Below, piece after piece: positions 26,941-36,956 of a DNA stretch of 64,000 nt (positions are counted from its first letter, which is position 1; the number at the start of each line of letters is the position of its first letter). The notes beneath the pieces were generated by a model. That model was not told the DNA's origin. It searched no databases and worked only from the letters and a program-made list of their open reading frames with translations. The DNA is from an uncultured Candidatus Saccharibacteria bacterium (GTDB lineage: Bacteria > Patescibacteriota > Minisyncoccia > UBA6257 > 2-01-FULL-56-20): NCBI GenBank assembly GCA_964361095.1, contig CAYHZA010000003.1, positions 31,773 to 95,772 on the forward strand, read 5' to 3'. The translations under genes and the position numbers were made by a program.

Positions 26941-28713
26941 TCAGGGAAAAACTATCCCCCGAATCCGCCGTGTTCCCGCGCCAACTGCCTCTTCTTTAAC
27001 AATTTTAAATTCTTGAATCTCTGAAGTTCGATTCACATGCGGCCCGCCGCAGAATTCCTTGCTCCACGCGTTTTGTATGTCTTTACCGATAAAATAAACA
27101 TTTACCTGATCGGGATACTTCTCCTTGAAAAAGAAGAGTGCTCCCGTTTTCTCGGCTTCCGATTTCGGCAGTACTACTTTTTGCATCGGCAAATCTTCCT
27201 TTATTTTTTGATTTACGATTTCCTCCACTTTTTTGATCTCCTCGGGCGTGAGCTTTCGCGGGAATGTAAAATCGAACCTTGTCCGTTCCACCGTAATGTC
27301 AGACCCCATCTGGCGCACCTCCGGCCCTAAGACTTCGCGGAGTGCCTGCTGGAGCATATGCGTTGCGGTATGAAGTCGAGTTACTTTTTTTAACTCCTCC
27401 TCGTTCGCGGCCTTCAACTCTCCCGTATCCAACAGAAGTCCATGCCCGCCAAATTTTTTCTCCTGTCCCGCGCGGGAGATTTCTTGATGCTTTTTGAATT
27501 CTTCGTCAAAGTCTTCACGATTTAAGTTTTTTGCTTTTTCACCTCCCAATTCCTTAACTACTTCATAAGGTAATCCGTAGCTTTGAAAAAGACTAAATGC
27601 CGATTGCGTATCAACCGATTCCATTTTTTTAAGTTCGCGAAGGCCATTATCCAATGTTTTCTGAAATTTCGTACTCTCCGCGTCAAACTCCTGAACCACA
27701 ACTTCCGCATCAAGTTCGGAATAAAAATCTCCGTAGTGCTTCACCACTGAACGAATAAGTTCTTGGATGTGCGCTCCGGGATTCAAATGCGCCTGCACAA
27801 TAATCCGCCGCATAAGGCGGCGGAGAATATATCCCGCTTCTTTATTCGACGGACGCACCCCATCCGAAATTAAAAAAACAATCCCCCGCGCGTGATCCAC
27901 GAAGATTCGCCGGCTCCGCTCCGAAAGTCCGGGCGGCAAAAATTCCATACACGGAGAAAACAAATCCGTCTCGAAAATATTATTTTTTTTCTGCACCACC
28001 ATCGCAAGCCGCTCCAAGCCCATACCTGTATCAATTCCGGGCGCTTCTAATTCTTCCAAACGTTTATCGGGATGCATATAAAATTCGTTAAAAACAATAT
28101 TCCAAATTTCGATTGACTTACCCTGCGCGTTCTTTACGTAAATTTCCGTGGTCCGCCCGCACGGCCCCTCGCTTCCCGTCGGTCCCCAAAAATTATCCTC
28201 GCGCCCCATCTTTTGAATATTCGTAACCCCAAGAGATTTCCAAATTTCTTCCGAAGATGTCCAGAGTCCTTCCGATCCGGTATCTGCGGGCACATCGGAA
28301 TCACCCTTAAAAACGCTTACATAGTCGATCGTAAGCCCCATCTCTTTTGCAATAAACTCATACCCATACTGGATAGCCTCTTTTTTAAAATAGCTTGCCC
28401 CGACCTTCCCCGAAGCGTCGGGGCCACCGAACGAAAAATTCCCTAACATCTCAAAAAACGTAAGGTGCGACTCGTCCCCTACTTCATCAATGTCGGATGT
28501 TCGAAACGACTTCTGAACCGAAGTGGTGTTTTTGCTCCCAAAATCCTTCATCGGATCAGCTTTCCCCGTAAAGTACGGCTTAAACTGTTGCATTCCGGCG
28601 GTCGTCAATAAGACCGACGGATCATCGGGTATGAGCGAACTCGACGGGACGATGGTATGGCCCCGTTCTTTAAAATATTCCAAGAATTTGCGGCGGATTT
28701 CAGCTGAATTCAT
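26941..28713 (-). CDS. alaS: alanyl-tRNA ligase (short form)
   Basis: TFFEMLGNFSFG, IDTGMGLERL, HTATH, EFCGGPHV. Confidence 0.97.
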   Translation of the reverse strand: MNSAEIRRKFLEYFKERGHTIVPSSSLIPDDPSVLLTTAGMQQFKPYFTGKADPMKDFGSKNTTSVQKSFRTSDIDEVGDESHLTFFEMLGNFSFGGPDASGKVGASYFKKEAIQYGYEFIAKEMGLTIDYVSVFKGDSDVPADTGSEGLWTSSEEIWKSLGVTNIQKMGREDNFWGPTGSEGPCGRTTEIYVKNAQGKSIEIWNIVFNEFYMHPDKRLEELEAPGIDTGMGLERLAMVVQKKNNIFETDLFSPCMEFLPPGLSERSRRIFVDHARGIVFLISDGVRPSNKEAGYILRRLMRRIIVQAHLNPGAHIQELIRSVVKHYGDFYSELDAEVVVQEFDAESTKFQKTLDNGLRELKKMESVDTQSAFSLFQSYGLPYEVVKELGGEKAKNLNREDFDEEFKKHQEISRAGQEKKFGGHGLLLDTGELKAANEEELKKVTRLHTATHMLQQALREVLGPEVRQMGSDITVERTRFDFTFPRKLTPEEIKKVEEIVNQKIKEDLPMQKVVLPKSEAEKTGALFFFKEKYPDQVNVYFIGKDIQNAWSKEFCGGPHVNRTSEIQEFKIVKEEAVGAGTRRIRGIVFP

Positions 28714-28718
28714 CTTGA

Positions 28719-29788
28719 TTATTCTAGTTTAAAATCGGCATTTATTAAAGCTTCTATTGCCTTTTTTACTTTAAACCCCTTGCAATGCCCGAGAACACCG
28801 AAATACGACTGTACCGATTGCTCGAATGAATCTTTAGTAAGCGCACCGCGCACTATTTCTAATTTACTCTCTCTTATTTTCTTTAAAATTCTTCTTCTGG
28901 TTCTTGTACGCACGATTCGATAGTGCGGCAATATAACGTAACCAAGAAAATCTATGCCCTGCGAATATTTCCGCAGAAAAATCTTTTGCGGATGCAGCGC
29001 GAGCAAAAGCGAATCCCGAAGAAAATCGGTCAATGGCGATACAAGCCGTTTAAGATGGCTCTTGTCGTGGCTTACAATAATAAAATCATCGCAATAACGA
29101 ACATAGTGTTTTTCCTTGAGTGTGTGTTTCACAAATTGATCTAATTCATTCAGATAAATATTGGCAAAAAGCTGGCTCGTTACATTTCCGAGCGGCAGTC
29201 CTTTGTCGTCTGACTTCTCAAAACTTTTTATAATGCGGCGAATAAGCCATCGTGCGCCGTCATCGTCAACCTTTCTATCTATCAATTCTAAAAGAATATT
29301 ATGATCAATGGAGTCAAAAAACTTTCTAACGTCGCATTTCAAAGCAAAACAATGCGCCGCATAATTTTTGCTCACCTTTCGTAGAAACTGCTCGAGCCGT
29401 GTAACTCCCCGATGGGTACCCTTATGCATGCGACAGGAATACGAATCAAAAATAAAACTTCTATCAAAAACAGGGTATAATACTCTAAATATTGCCTGGT
29501 GCACCACTCGGTCGCGCACTACGGCCTTATGAATATGGCGCAGTTTCGGATCGCGGACATAAAATGCGTGATAGGAGTGGTGCGTGTACGTCCGATTCCG
29601 TAACTCTTCGTGAAGTTGGAAAAGATTGTCTTCCAAGTTAAATTCAAACTCTTGGACATCGGTTTTCCTTCTCTTTCCGCGCCGAAATTCGCGCCACGCC
29701 GAAAATAAATTTTCGAGACATATAATTTTTTCAAAAATAGTATTTCCATGAACCCCCCCCCGACGGAATAACGGTGCCGCTTGTGCAT
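28719..29788 (-). CDS. DGR reverse transcriptase (start ambiguous: ATG 29918, or ATG 29788 via the G9 tract)
   Basis: VRDRVVHQA, KCDVRKFFDSIDH, GLPLGNVTSQLFANIYL, YVRYCDDF, GIDFLGY. Confidence 0.95.
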
Positions 29789-30118
29789 AAGATTGGTGAA
29801 TTGTATAAAACGCTTTATCTCTTAGGTAAAAAAATTCCGAAACGCGATCACTTCGGCATTCATCTGAAAATCGAACAGCTTTGTCTCGATATACTCGAGC
29901 TTTCAATCTCGGCGGCATTAGAAATCAAGGAAAAGAAATCGTTTTTGCTCTCTAACGCGCGGATCAAAAATGAGGTACTCAAGCGACTTCTGCGCAACGC
30001 CCGAGAACTTTCAATTATCCATGAAAGACAATATATCAATATTGAAAAAGAATTGATAGAAATATCAAAAATGATAAACGGCTGGCTGAAGTTTTTAAAT
30101 AACAAAGAGGGTGCATGA
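29748..30118 (+). CDS. avd: Avd-like four-helix-bundle accessory protein (GTG 29774, or ATG 29748 via the C9 tract)
   Basis: IPKRDHFGI..KIE...LKRLLR...EISKMINGWLK; lies between TR and RT. Confidence 0.88.
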
Positions 30119-30127
30119 CCCTCTTTG
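30103..30127. other. 10-bp hairpin 3' of the TR, at the avd stop
   Basis: CAAAGAGGGT-GCATG-ACCCTCTTTG. Confidence 0.7.
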
Positions 30128-30130
30128 GCG

Positions 30131-30254
30131 AAACTTCTGCACGGACGCGGATATTGTCGTTCCGATTGTCGGGATTGTACCAGTTGACGTTCAGGTTGTC
30201 GTCGTTCCAGTTCACGTTCGGCACGTTGTCATTCGGATTCCGCGAACCTGTGTA
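30131..30254 (-). repeat. DGR template repeat (TR)
   Basis: AAC-rich (NPNDNVPNVNWNDDNLNVNWYNPDNRNDN); 30141-30254 aligns without gaps to 30544-30657. Confidence 0.96.
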
Positions 30255-30478
30255 TTATCTGATTCCATCCGAATCACTGGCATTCTTTGGAAAAAATGCC
30301 TGCGTGTCCGATCTTGATCGGCATCGTTTTGGGGCATCGCACTTAGCAAACCCCCACTAGAACCAGATAAGCAGTTCCCTTGAAATATTGGCAAACCGTT
30401 ATCAAGCACTGAGTTGTATATATGCCGACCGGTTGTATTAGCCAATTTTATTTTAACCTAAAGTGTGAAGTAAAAAAA

Positions 30479-30501
30479 TGGGTTCGGCATAGCCGAACCC
30501 A
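30479..30501. other. DGR target-recognition hairpin downstream of the VR
   Basis: TGGGTTCGGC-ATA-GCCGAACCCA: 10-bp perfect stem, 3-nt loop, ~27 nt past the target stop. Confidence 0.85.
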
Positions 30502-30528
30502 AAGGTTTCAAGTTGCAAGATACAAGCG

Positions 30529-31263
30529 TTAGGGAACCACTGGACGGACGCGGATACCGTCGCTCCGACTGTCGGGATCGCCCCAGCCGACGCTCAGGTC
30601 GCCGCCGCGCCAGTCCACGCCCGGCACGCAGGCACCCGGACCCCGCGAACCCGTGCAGAGCGTGATGTTCTTCAGGTCGAGGTGTTTCCCCGTCTCCATG
30701 AAGTACTTCAGTTCATAGAGGAGCCGCTCGGGGAGTGTGATGCCTACGACACCCCGTGCTTTCGTGTTGTTTGCCGAGAGGTTCTTCAGCTCCTCGTCGG
30801 CCTCGACACGGTCGCGCACCCAGATTGCGTAGTCGTGGTCCGGCTCGCGGTCGGATTTGATCTGGTCCAAGTCCTCCGTGTACCGCCACGCCGGGAAGAG
30901 CTCTTTGCACTTTGCGAAGAGCCGGTTCGGGGTCATGCCCGCGAGAACCACGATGAGGCGGTCGAAGCCGTCCTTGTGCGTTGGAATCGCAAGACTGTCG
31001 ACGAGGCTCGAGAAGTCCTTCTCGATGCCGAAGATGTCCCGGTAGAACTCCTGCCAGGGATCCAAGAGAAGGAGCTCGGGCACGGGATAAAAGCCACTCA
31101 CTTCACGGAGAATCTCCGAGACTTTCCTGGCCCACACGCGCTTCCTTCGAACGAGTTTCTGCATCTCGGCGAAACTCATGTCGGGAATCGCTTGGATCAA
31201 AGCCGCACTCACTTCCTTGAACTGGCCTTGTGTTGCCGGACGGACAGTTTCATGCCTATGCAT
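30529..31263 (-). CDS. DGR target protein (C-terminal variable region, presumed CLec-like fold)
   Basis: 3' end contains the VR; GITLPERLLYEL...HLD..NITLCTGSR. Confidence 0.93.
   Translation of the reverse strand: MHRHETVRPATQGQFKEVSAALIQAIPDMSFAEMQKLVRRKRVWARKVSEILREVSGFYPVPELLLLDPWQEFYRDIFGIEKDFSSLVDSLAIPTHKDGFDRLIVVLAGMTPNRLFAKCKELFPAWRYTEDLDQIKSDREPDHDYAIWVRDRVEADEELKNLSANNTKARGVVGITLPERLLYELKYFMETGKHLDLKNITLCTGSRGPGACVPGVDWRGGDLSVGWGDPDSRSDGIRVRPVVP
30534..30657 (-). repeat. DGR variable repeat (VR)
   Basis: 27 mismatches to the TR over 114 nt, 26 of them at TR adenines. Confidence 0.96.
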
Positions 31264-31325
31264 GAGCAGTTCCTCCTTGTTTCTTGTTAAAGGCGCAAAT
31301 CCACCATGGATTCGCTTCTGTTCTT

Positions 31326-31355
31326 ATTATAGCATGCTTTATGCAGTTTTGTCAA
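31326..31355 (-). promoter_or_regulatory. consensus sigma70 promoter of the DGR target
   Basis: TTGACA-18-TATAAT with extended -10 TG. Confidence 0.8.
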
Positions 31356-31433
31356 ATCACCTCATATTATTCCAATAACCGGCGGGTTTCATTTTGCGAC
31401 GACCATAAGTGACTTCCCCCACAACTTACTGCA

Positions 31434-31610
31434 GATCTCCTTTTGGGTAACCATAAGTGAAGGCGAAAAAGAAATAAACGAGCGCCGTGTAGATTTTTTG
31501 AAAATAAATTTGATGGTCGGAGGCACGACGGGTACCGTCAAATTTACTCAAAAAATCAAACAAAGCGAGCAATATTTCTCTCGCCGTAACGGGTTACCCA
31601 AAAGGAGATC
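31434..31610. repeat. 177-nt foldback (MITE-like) element
   Basis: 19-bp perfect terminal IR GATCTCCTTTTGGGTAACC plus internal stems. Confidence 0.75.
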
Positions 31611-32820
31611 AAAGATTCTCGAATCCCTCGAGCGCCTCCGCGCTCCGATGCTCCCGAATCCTCTCCAAAGCCTTCGCTTCGATCTGCCGGATACGCTCGC
31701 GGGTTACGCCGAAGACTTTTCCCACTTCTTCCAAGGTATGGGTCACGCCATCTTCAAGCCCAAACCGCATCGTAAGAATTTTCCGTTCGCGTTCGGTAAG
31801 ATCGGCTAAAATATTTTGTATCAAATCACGCACCAAAGCACGCGCCGCAAGCTGTGAAGGCGTCGCGTTTTTTTCGTCGGCGATAAAATCCGAAAGCGTG
31901 GAATCCTCCTCGTCTCCCACCGGCGCTTCAATAGAAAGAACTTCCTGGGAGATCTTCTGGATCTGGCGCACCTTTTCGATCTTCATTTTCATCTCCACCG
32001 AAATTTCCTCCGGAAGCGGTTCTCGCCCCAATTCCTGTATCAATTGGCGGCGCACCTGCGTATATTTCGAAATCGTCTCCACCATATGAACCGGAATGCG
32101 GATTGTCCGCGAAAAATCCGCGAGGGCACGGGTAATCGCCTGACGTATCCACCATGTGGCGTACGTTGAAAATTTAAAACCCCTTCGGTAGTCGAACTTC
32201 TCGACCGCCCGTGAGAGACCGATATTTCCCTCTTGGATAAGATCAAGAATACTCAAATTCGGCGTGCGGTTAATGTAACGCTTCGCAATGGAAACAACGA
32301 GGCGTAAATTAGCCTTCATAAGTTTCTGCCGCGCCTCCTCGTCGCTTTTTTCGGCGCGCTTCGCGAGCTCCCGCTCTTCGTCTTTCGTAAGAAGCGCCGT
32401 CCGGCCGATTTCTTTCAAATAAACCTGCACCGCGTCCGGAAGGTCGCCGTCAAAATTCAAAGCTCCCTCAAGCTCCGCCTGGCTTATCTCGTCTTCTTTC
32501 GGAATCTCGATAAGTCCGCTTGTTTCGATAACTTTGATATTCGCCTTTTCGAGCCGATTATAAATCTCCTCGAGGAACTGAACGTCTTCCTCTATCTTCG
32601 GAAAATAATACAAAATCTCGCTATCCGTCACAAAACCGCGTGGGCGTCCCTTTTCGATCAGTTCGGCAAGCGCGTCTTCGTTGATCGCGAGATGGCTCTT
32701 CGCTTTTTGCGTCTTATCTTTTTTTATCTTCTTTTTTACTTCTTTCCGATGAGACGCTTTTTTTACCAGAGTTTTTTTACGGGCATGCAGCCCTTTTTTT
32801 AAAGAGATTTTTTTCTTCAT
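31609..32820 (-). CDS. rpoD: primary sigma factor RpoD
   Basis: [45 protein letters not shown]; downstream of dnaG. Confidence 0.97.
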   Translation of the reverse strand: MKKKISLKKGLHARKKTLVKKASHRKEVKKKIKKDKTQKAKSHLAINEDALAELIEKGRPRGFVTDSEILYYFPKIEEDVQFLEEIYNRLEKANIKVIETSGLIEIPKEDEISQAELEGALNFDGDLPDAVQVYLKEIGRTALLTKDEERELAKRAEKSDEEARQKLMKANLRLVVSIAKRYINRTPNLSILDLIQEGNIGLSRAVEKFDYRRGFKFSTYATWWIRQAITRALADFSRTIRIPVHMVETISKYTQVRRQLIQELGREPLPEEISVEMKMKIEKVRQIQKISQEVLSIEAPVGDEEDSTLSDFIADEKNATPSQLAARALVRDLIQNILADLTERERKILTMRFGLEDGVTHTLEEVGKVFGVTRERIRQIEAKALERIREHRSAEALEGFENL

Positions 32821-32835
32821 AAAAAACGTGAAATA

Positions 32836-34584
32836 TTATGACTGCTTATTGAATTCCTGGAGCGCGAGGAGGATCGAAGCTTCGTCCCCTTGCGCCTCGG
32901 CTTTTTTTACCGCAGCGGTAAGTTCTTGCCGTTTTCCTTTCGCATGCTCCTCGGCCAAAAATTTTTTTACATCGGCAATCTCGTCGTCTTTGACTTCGCC
33001 CGCGCGAAGCAGGATAAGATTCATCAAACCGTCAACTTCTTTATCCTCGCTTGATTGTATTCCCTTTCGAAGGAGGGCGAGGATCTCCCGATATTCCTCC
33101 ATAAGGTAAGGAACCGAGTCCTCGATGATCGAGAAGTCATTGCGCGCAATGCACGACGCAAGAAGAAATTGACAGAGAAGCTCCGCGCGAGAAAATACTC
33201 TTTTCTCTTCGTTTTCTGTTTCTTTTGCGGCTTCCCGAGAAATAACGCTCGGAGAAACAATCGCCGTGAGCTTATCGGTTTCTTCGTGTAACGTGCGCTC
33301 ATCGATACCAAGACGATCCGCGAACTCTTTTATCCACGCGCCCTGCATTACCGGGCTCGTGATATTTTTTATTTTTCCCAAAACTACCCTAAGGTTCCTC
33401 GTAAACCCCGTCTGCCGATGAAGTTCGTGCGGGGGGAGATTGGTAAAATCCTTGAGGTATCGCTCAAAGTAAAATTCGGGAGCCGGTCGAGCTTCGGCAA
33501 ACGCTTTTTTGAAAGCGGCCAGATTGTTTTGAATTGCTTCGGCCGGGTCCTTGGCACTGCCAAGGGCTACTACCCTTACATTAAAGTCATTTTTTTCCGC
33601 TAAGTCAATTGCCCGCTCTCCCGCCGCGAGTCCAGCCTCGTCGTTATCGAAACTCAAGACCATCTGATCGGTAAGCCTGCGGAGCGTTCGAAGGTGGTCT
33701 TCGGTCAACGCCGTTCCCGAACTTGCCACGCCATTTTTCACTCCCACCTGATAACTCATCAAAAAATCCATTTGGCCCTCAACCAAAAACACCGAACCCG
33801 TTTCGCGGATTGAATTTTTGCTCCGCCAGAAACCGTAGAGGAGCTTCGATTTGTTAAAAATCGGCGTTTCGGGGCTGTTCACATACTTGGCAAAAGCCAA
33901 CCCTGAGCCTGTCGAAGGATTCCCCATCTTCCCGTCATCAAACTGCGGCAAGACTCGCCCCGTAAACCCCACGACTTTCCCAAGGTGATTATGGATCGGA
34001 AACATAATCCGCCCGCGAAAACGATCGAGCTGAAGCCCCCGCTCGCTCTTAAACGCCATGCCCGCGCGCACGATATCGTCGGGATAAAAATTGCGCTCAA
34101 TAAGATAGAGATTCAGCGCATCGGATTGATCCGGCGCCCAGCCAATCTCGAATTCTTCGATCGTTTCCTTGCTCAATCCCCGCTCCGCGAGATATTTTTT
34201 TGCCGCGTCGGAACGTTCAAGTTCTTTCCGAAAAAAGTTTTTCGCTTCGTTGTTTATCTCGTAGAGCAATCCAGAATATTTGTAATCGGGTGAATTCGCG
34301 TACTTCAACTCTATGCCCGCCTTCTCCGCGAGCATCTTTAAGGCGTCACCGAACTCCACGTTCTCGTATCGCATCAAGAATGCGAAAGCATCGCCCCCCA
34401 GCGCGCACCCGAAACAGTGCCAACTCTGCCGGTCGGGCGAGATCATAAACGAGGGCGTCTTTTCGTGATGAAAGGGACAGAGCGCCTTAAAATTCTTTCC
34501 GGCCGGTTGTAGCGTTAAATAGCCTTTTAGAAATTCAACGATATCGAGCTTTTCTTTTATGAGTTCAACGTTCGAACCGGCCAT
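32836..34584 (-). CDS. dnaG: DNA primase
   Basis: CPFHHEKTPSF, FRGRIMFPI, KYVNSPET, VEGQMD, FDNDEAG. Confidence 0.97.
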   Translation of the reverse strand: MAGSNVELIKEKLDIVEFLKGYLTLQPAGKNFKALCPFHHEKTPSFMISPDRQSWHCFGCALGGDAFAFLMRYENVEFGDALKMLAEKAGIELKYANSPDYKYSGLLYEINNEAKNFFRKELERSDAAKKYLAERGLSKETIEEFEIGWAPDQSDALNLYLIERNFYPDDIVRAGMAFKSERGLQLDRFRGRIMFPIHNHLGKVVGFTGRVLPQFDDGKMGNPSTGSGLAFAKYVNSPETPIFNKSKLLYGFWRSKNSIRETGSVFLVEGQMDFLMSYQVGVKNGVASSGTALTEDHLRTLRRLTDQMVLSFDNDEAGLAAGERAIDLAEKNDFNVRVVALGSAKDPAEAIQNNLAAFKKAFAEARPAPEFYFERYLKDFTNLPPHELHRQTGFTRNLRVVLGKIKNITSPVMQGAWIKEFADRLGIDERTLHEETDKLTAIVSPSVISREAAKETENEEKRVFSRAELLCQFLLASCIARNDFSIIEDSVPYLMEEYREILALLRKGIQSSEDKEVDGLMNLILLRAGEVKDDEIADVKKFLAEEHAKGKRQELTAAVKKAEAQGDEASILLALQEFNKQS

Positions 34585-34724
34585 AATGTAAAGATTCTAT
34601 GCTAAAAAGACAACGCAGGCAAAATTGACAAAACCACGAATCCGAAGGACTATAACAATCAGCACACGAAGAAAAACGGGCAAAAAAACCAGTAAAACAT
34701 TCAGAGGCAGAAAAGGAGGAGAGC

Positions 34725-35135
34725 GTGGAGAAAAAGGATATCTATTGGACAAAACCTTTACCGGTCGGAAAAGGACCGCGAACAATCAGGGAATTCGTCA
34801 TGGGGTTGGATCACGGTCCCGGAAGCCAGCCCATCATCCTCGAATGCGCCGACATGAGCGATCCCCATGAACAGATGGATCCGAAGATACCCATCCGACT
34901 CACGAGCGTTGCCCTCCTTGCGAAAGGAAAAGATCACCTCGATTTCACAGGGTGGATTCCCGGAGATACAGCCCACGGAGAGGCGGAGGTGTCCCAACTC
35001 GTGCAGGGACAGTTCTCCCCCTCAACACAACGCGGCAAGCTTTTTCTGGGACGTACCGCGCTCAAATTCGATGAGGAGAACATCGATGACGACATCGACT
35101 TCGTGATGAGTAATATCCGAGATGCCAAGAAGTAA
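34725..35135 (+). CDS. hypothetical protein
   Basis: AGGAGGAG SD; followed by a terminator-like hairpin. Confidence 0.65.
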   Translation: MEKKDIYWTKPLPVGKGPRTIREFVMGLDHGPGSQPIILECADMSDPHEQMDPKIPIRLTSVALLAKGKDHLDFTGWIPGDTAHGEAEVSQLVQGQFSPSTQRGKLFLGRTALKFDEENIDDDIDFVMSNIRDAKK

Positions 35136-35223
35136 CCATCCTTCACACAAAAAAGCCCTGCATCATTACGTGGGGCTTTTTCATTTCCCAAAAGTAAAAA
35201 ATCACGATAGAATCTAAATAGTA

Positions 35224-35940
35224 ATGAATACGATTCTTACGGTAAAAAATCTTACGGTTCAATTCGACGGCGAACCTGTCATCGAAGACGTAAATTTTGA
35301 GCTGAACGAAGGAGAAAATCTAACCGTCATCGGACCGAACGGTTCCGGAAAAACCGTGCTTTTGAAAGCGCTCATGAACACGATCCCTTCGCGCGGGGAA
35401 ATTACCTGGGCGCCGAATGTCCGCCTTGGCTACGTTCCCCAAAAAATTGAGGTGGACAAACATCTTCCCTTGAACGCGAAATCACTCTTTGCCGCGAAGG
35501 CAAAAATTTTGAAAACTTCAATCAAGGACATAACTACCGTCGCAAAAACGATGGGGCTCTCACCCGATATTCTCGAAACGCCCATCGGCCACCTCTCGGG
35601 CGGACAATTTCAGAAATGCCTTATCACCTTCGCGTTAATCGGCAAACCGAACGTACTCCTTTTCGACGAACCAACGTCAAGCATCGACCGCCCACGCGAA
35701 GAGCAAATCTATGAAACGCTTCACCGCTTACAAGATGAACTTGGTCTGACCCTGATTCTTGTCTCGCACGATTTAAGCTTGGTCTACCGCTACGCGACAA
35801 AGGTTCTCTGTCTCAATAAATACGGCCTCTGCTTCGGCGTCCCCTCGGAAGTTCTCACGACGAAAGTTCTTGAAGAACTCTATGGAGCTCCCCACCGTTA
35901 CTATCACCACCTCCACGAGCATAACGGCCATGAACATTAA
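35224..35940 (+). CDS. znuC: Zn/Mn ABC transporter ATPase
   Basis: GPNGSGKT, GYVPQK, LSGGQ, DEPT; His-rich tail. Confidence 0.9.
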   Translation: MNTILTVKNLTVQFDGEPVIEDVNFELNEGENLTVIGPNGSGKTVLLKALMNTIPSRGEITWAPNVRLGYVPQKIEVDKHLPLNAKSLFAAKAKILKTSIKDITTVAKTMGLSPDILETPIGHLSGGQFQKCLITFALIGKPNVLLFDEPTSSIDRPREEQIYETLHRLQDELGLTLILVSHDLSLVYRYATKVLCLNKYGLCFGVPSEVLTTKVLEELYGAPHRYYHHLHEHNGHEH

Positions 35941-36697
35941 CGAAATTTATTTCTTGATACTCGCGCTCATAAGCGCGGTTGCCACCGGACTCGTGGGCAG
36001 TTTTGCCCTCATGAAGCGGATGACCCTCGCGGGCGACGCCTTCTCGCATGTTGCCCTTCCCGGTCTGGGACTTGGCATTCTCTTCGGAATAAATCCGCTC
36101 TTGGGCGGTGCCGCGACGCTCGTTCTCGGCGCGCTCATCGTCTGGCACCTCGAAAAAAGGAGCGGGCTCGCGACGGAAACGACGATTGGTGTCGTATTTT
36201 CCGCGTCCCTCGCGATCGGCGCGCTGATTACGCCGAGTGAAGATCTTATTGAGGCACTTTTTGGCAACTTCGCGCCCCTTTCGTTGGAACATTTTTTGAT
36301 CGGCCTTACGGCGTCTTTCCTTATTATTCTTTTTATTTTGAAATTCAAAGATCAACTGGTAATCGCGCTCTTTTCGCCCGAGCTTGCCTCGTCAAGCGGA
36401 ATAAATTTAAGCCGCCTGAATCTCCTGTATCTTCTTATTTTTACGCTCACGATTATTCTCGGCCTCCGTTTCTTGGGCGCGCTCCTCGTGGGATCGCTCA
36501 TTATTATTCCCGCCGCCGCGAGCCGCCAGCTCACCCACCAGTTAAACAGCTTCCTTATCACCTCGTCGCTGTTAAGCGCCGCATCGGTCGCTATCGGAAT
36601 TTTTATCTCTCGCTCTTATGCCGTTGCCTTTAGCCCCGCCGTAGTAAGCGTAAGCGCCGTAATCTTCGCAGCAAGTTTATTGAAGAAGAAAAGGTAA
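35930..36697 (+). CDS. znuB: Zn/Mn ABC transporter permease
   Basis: GDAFSHVALPG, GALLVGSLIIIPAA. Confidence 0.9.
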   Translation: MNINEIYFLILALISAVATGLVGSFALMKRMTLAGDAFSHVALPGLGLGILFGINPLLGGAATLVLGALIVWHLEKRSGLATETTIGVVFSASLAIGALITPSEDLIEALFGNFAPLSLEHFLIGLTASFLIILFILKFKDQLVIALFSPELASSSGINLSRLNLLYLLIFTLTIILGLRFLGALLVGSLIIIPAAASRQLTHQLNSFLITSSLLSAASVAIGIFISRSYAVAFSPAVVSVSAVIFAASLLKKKR

Positions 36698-36747
36698 ACG
36701 AAGCTTTGCCCATAAAAATTTTAGAAAAACTGACTTCACTTTACTTA

Positions 36748-36821
36748 TGGAGGGGGATACGAGAATCGAACTCGCGTCTCAACCTTGGGAAGGTCACGTA
36801 CTACCACTGTACTAATCCCCC
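36748..36821 (-). tRNA. tRNA-Gly(CCC)
   Basis: GGGGGAT/ATCCCCC-T-CCA, loop TT-CCC-AA, GTTCGATTC. Confidence 0.93.
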
Positions 36822-36843
36822 GTTATTCAACTATTTTTTTGTT

Positions 36844-36952
36844 TGGTGCGAGATTGCGATTTGTCTAAAAATTCTACGCGCGCTTGAATTTTTAGACAAA
36901 TCGAGAAGAAGGTTCCGCCTACTGGCGGATACTGCCACTGTACTACTCTCGC
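36844..36952 (-). pseudogene. tRNA-Gly-derived structure 1
   Basis: tRNA 5' half GCGAGAGTAGTACAGTGGCAGTA, then an insert, a long hairpin and the 3' end TCTCGCACCA. Confidence 0.7.
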
Positions 36953-36956
36953 AAAA

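Larger units (their letters stand above)
28719..31355 (-). mobile_element. diversity-generating retroelement (target-VR, hairpin, TR, avd, RT)
   Basis: All components present; TR/VR pair with adenine-specific mismatches. Confidence 0.96.

Noticed and set aside
28719-29918. Group II intron or retron RT
   Set aside because: The TR/VR pair and avd identify a DGR; no intron domain V or maturase/endonuclease extension was seen
30036-30224. Asn-rich 62-aa ORF
   Set aside because: It is the TR read in the VR frame (AAC codons), not a likely protein
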